64,000 bases of DNA, from assembly GCA_965213685.1 (NCBI GenBank), contig CBDBZY010000064.1, positions 704,001-768,000 on the forward strand, given 5' to 3'. A program made the translations under genes and the position numbers. Positions 60,822 through 64,000 of the stretch are shown one piece after another. The notes below the pieces were generated by a model. The model was not told the origin of the DNA. It saw only the letters and a program-made list of their open reading frames with translations, and did no database searches. Numbering within the stretch: position 1 is the stretch's first letter; the number at the start of each line of letters is the position of its first letter. The DNA is from a bacterium (lineage in GTDB: Bacteria; UBA8248).

Positions 60822-63306
60822 ATGGCTGAGAATGATTACCACATCTACAAAGTTCCCCGGCCCACGTACCATCACTCCTCCTCCCACCCACCCTCTCCCC
60901 CACTCCCAATGCGAATACCCATTCACCACACCACCACCGCCAGTACAATGGCCAGCAGCCACTCCTATCCTGCCCAGCTAGCCAACACTGCTACACCTCC
61001 TCTACCACCACGCAACCGCAGCATGAGCGACCACTCAGCATCTCAAGCACTTAACGAAGCTCTCCCCACCATACAATCGCCACCAGTCCGTGATGCAACT
61101 GCAAGTCCAGTTGTTGCTCCAACGAAGAGATGGTGGAGTGCATCAAAGACCTTGCCACGGTTTAACAGCATGCGGGAAAAGCGCACAATGCCTGTACTGC
61201 CAGGCATATGGAGCCAAACAAAACGCCGTTCCAGTGACGACTCTGCAGTGGCGATGAGCAGCCCAAGCACTCAGTCCTCACTCAGTGAAGAGCGCCCAGT
61301 GCAATTCGATCTGAGTCCTACTGAAAGTGATAGGTCATTCTCTTCTCTACTTTCCAACTACCTCACACTTGGGGAGCTTGTGGAGAAGCATGCACACTCA
61401 TTCCCCTTCCAGATCCGAGCCAAGCAGAGCTACAGCTTCCAAGCCTCACAGATCACCATCCTGAACTCTGACGTGTACAATCTGTACTTCGTTAAGAAGC
61501 AGAAGGTGGTCACCATGCAAGACAAGCTGGGTAGCTCATACATCGTCCCTGTCAATTCTGCAGTCCAATTTGGCTACATTAATCCATCCGACAGTAATGC
61601 AAGGCATCGCTCGCTTGCTTACAAGTCTTTTCCCAAGGTGTCTGATCTGATGGCTCTCAGTGCAGCTGAAATGCCAAAAGTCGTCTGCGCCCAGAAAGAA
61701 TTCAAGGGCCAAAACAAGAAGTCATCACTGGAACAAAACGAGGTATTGCTGATCATCCAGACCCAGAGGAACAAGCTGTCTGGCAAGAAGTACCTCAAGG
61801 TGTACAGCTTCCTGACAAAATCCAGAAAGACTCTGCCAGCAGAGTGTTGTGCTCAGTTCACTACCAATCCCGGGCACCTTCGGTTGCAATTGACAGACCT
61901 AATGGAGGTTGCTCCAGACTTCTTTCCTTTCCAGGCTGTCATCTACTTGGAGAAGCGATTCACTTCTTCCCTGCGTGACTTCCCATCCACTCTCCTACAT
62001 CCTGAATCGTATGTCACGCTGACCGAGATGAAGACACAGCAAACTGTCGTGGCCTCAGTGGCCAATGATTTGTCGATAAGTAGCCTGGCCCCACCACTGC
62101 TTGATATTCCCGTGAGAGGATCGCTGGCTAACCTGCAGATTGAGATTTTATCATCATCACAGAATAACGATGTCCTCAATTCTGAAGCAAGGAGAGTTTA
62201 CGAAGAGCTAGACATCAGTTCTCTGCAATCACTGGAAGACAGTGCCACTGACAGGGCTTATAGTACGCAGTGCCTCTTCCACACCATACTGCAGAAGGGG
62301 GCCGAGAAGGCAGGAATGATGATAGTGTCTCCTGTAGCCGCCTGCCAAAACCAGATGCCCGAGGAGACCCCTTCACTCACGAAGATGCCACCAGATTGGG
62401 AACCAGAATCGGAGTCAGAAGAAGAGCACTATGAGAAACTCAAGAACTGGACGACCTCAGACCTACAGAGCGAGGGGTCATTGGTGCTACCATATGATGC
62501 CCAATCCACCTCCTCAGCTTCTCCATCAACGTCCTTTGTTTCCCATGCCCTGTTCACGCCAGTGAGTGTGGGCCACTCCTACAGGGTGCATCATTTCAAG
62601 CCACTCGGCAATTCACCAAGGGACTCTTGGTTGTCCCCCCACCCTACCAGCGATGAAGATTATGAAGTGATGGATCCAGCAGTGCATCCTGAAAGCCGAC
62701 ACTTCAACAAGGAGACCATCTCTGAAATCCGCACAGCAGTCCAACTACTTGAGGATAGAGTCGAAATTGTGGAGAAGAAGGTACCAGAGTACCTTGAGTT
62801 GAAGTCAATGATCCAGTCCCTATGTTCCAGGGTAGAGTCACTCGAGAAACACTTGCCATCCTTCACCAACCACGTCACCTCTGATTTTGAAACACCACAA
62901 ACACCTGACACCAACTTAGCATACCTTCGATCACTTGATATCTCTCAGGTGAGATGTTGCCCTAATGCCTGTATGTGCTGCAGAGATTAATTGTATGATA
63001 GGCCACTGATAGTTTTGTATTAACTACAAAATTAATGTCAAATTTCTTTCTTTATTCCCATCTCAGGTGCAGGAGTTGCTGGAGATGATGAATCTTTCCC
63101 AATACAAGGGGAGCTTCTGTCGTGAGGATGTCTCTGGTGAAGAGCTGAGTAGGTTTGATGAAGACATCCTTGAAAATCGCCTGGGAGTGAAGCAGCGACT
63201 CCATCGCAGGCGACTGATGATGATCATAAATGGTACGAAGCCTGTCCAAGAATTTTTGAATGGTGATTCCTATGTTAAACTTCAGCGAGAATACCACAAG
63301 ATGTAA
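60822..63306 (+). CDS. GAREM/THEMIS-like CABIT + SAM adaptor, second paralog (exons 60822-62948 and 63067-63306; ~788 aa; frame is open from 60675)
   Basis: Long ORF with PPLPPR, FPFQIRA, YIVPVNSAVQFG, FPKVSDL, LPAECCAQFTT, EEHYEKL/EDYEVM Tyr motifs and a coiled coil. CAG|GTGAGA..ctcAG|GTG phase-0 intron into a SAM exon. Start codon uncertain. Confidence 0.8.
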
Positions 63307-64000
63307 TATATTTTGTCCATTTTTAAGATTGCATTTAATGCAATGCCATATTTATTTAGTGTGAGTTACACACTCCATTTCACCATAATGCACATGTGTG
63401 CACTCTACATAATTTTTGTGACCATAATCTTCATCCAAGCTAGTAAGTGCATATTTTGATTCACCATATCACACTTTGCAATGGCATACTCACCTCTGCT
63501 CATAGATGATTCACACAAATATATCTCATTTTGTGTTCAACAGTGTGAATTGCACACTCCATTTCACCACACTACACCTGCACACAATACACTAATTTCT
63601 GACCACAATCTTCATCCAAACTCATACATTGCAACTACAGACTTTGAATGTCACTCTATCACACTTGCAATGGTATACTCACCTTTGTGTATAGGTGATT
63701 CTTACACTATACTTTTGTGTTCAAGACAAACCCTCAATACGCTTATTATTGTATTTTTTGCAATATGTTTATTGTGAATATCTTCGTGTCCTTTCATATT
63801 ATTGTGAATATTTTCATGCCCTTTCACATTGTTTATTGAAACGTACGGCAGCATCACGTGCCCCTGCCCTCTTCCATGCCCCGTTAACCTGACGACATTC
63901 CTCTCTCCAATAAGGCAACGTGTGCGTGGGTGCAGAGCTAATGGCCCAGACAGCTAGTTCTCCTCCGCAGCTACAAGATTCTTGTATTCGGCGTATGTAC

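Overview
Eukaryotic animal genomic DNA, most like a demosponge (an inference from short GT-AG introns, TACATGTA-rich spacers and the repeat and gene families). 0.6-28 kb is a triplicated tandem array of head-to-head gene pairs. Each gene encodes a leaderless, compact MACPF/perforin-like domain (exon 1) joined by a phase-1 intron to a ~155-aa beta-rich, probably beta-trefoil domain (exon 2). Two minus-strand type-A copies are intact (431 and 433 aa) and one is frameshifted. All three plus-strand type-B paralogs are broken; one is split by a TTAA transposon and its 3' half is flipped by an inversion between two inverted copies of that transposon. 28-38 kb is a transposon graveyard (Academ-like remnants, a RecQ-helicase fragment, a LINE, foldback palindromes, MITEs). 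38.4-41.2 kb is an animal heme-peroxidase pseudogene. 45-63.3 kb holds two divergently oriented, intact GAREM/THEMIS-like CABIT + Pro-rich + SAM paralogs around a CpG-rich island. All family assignments are by eye from motifs; no database searches were run.
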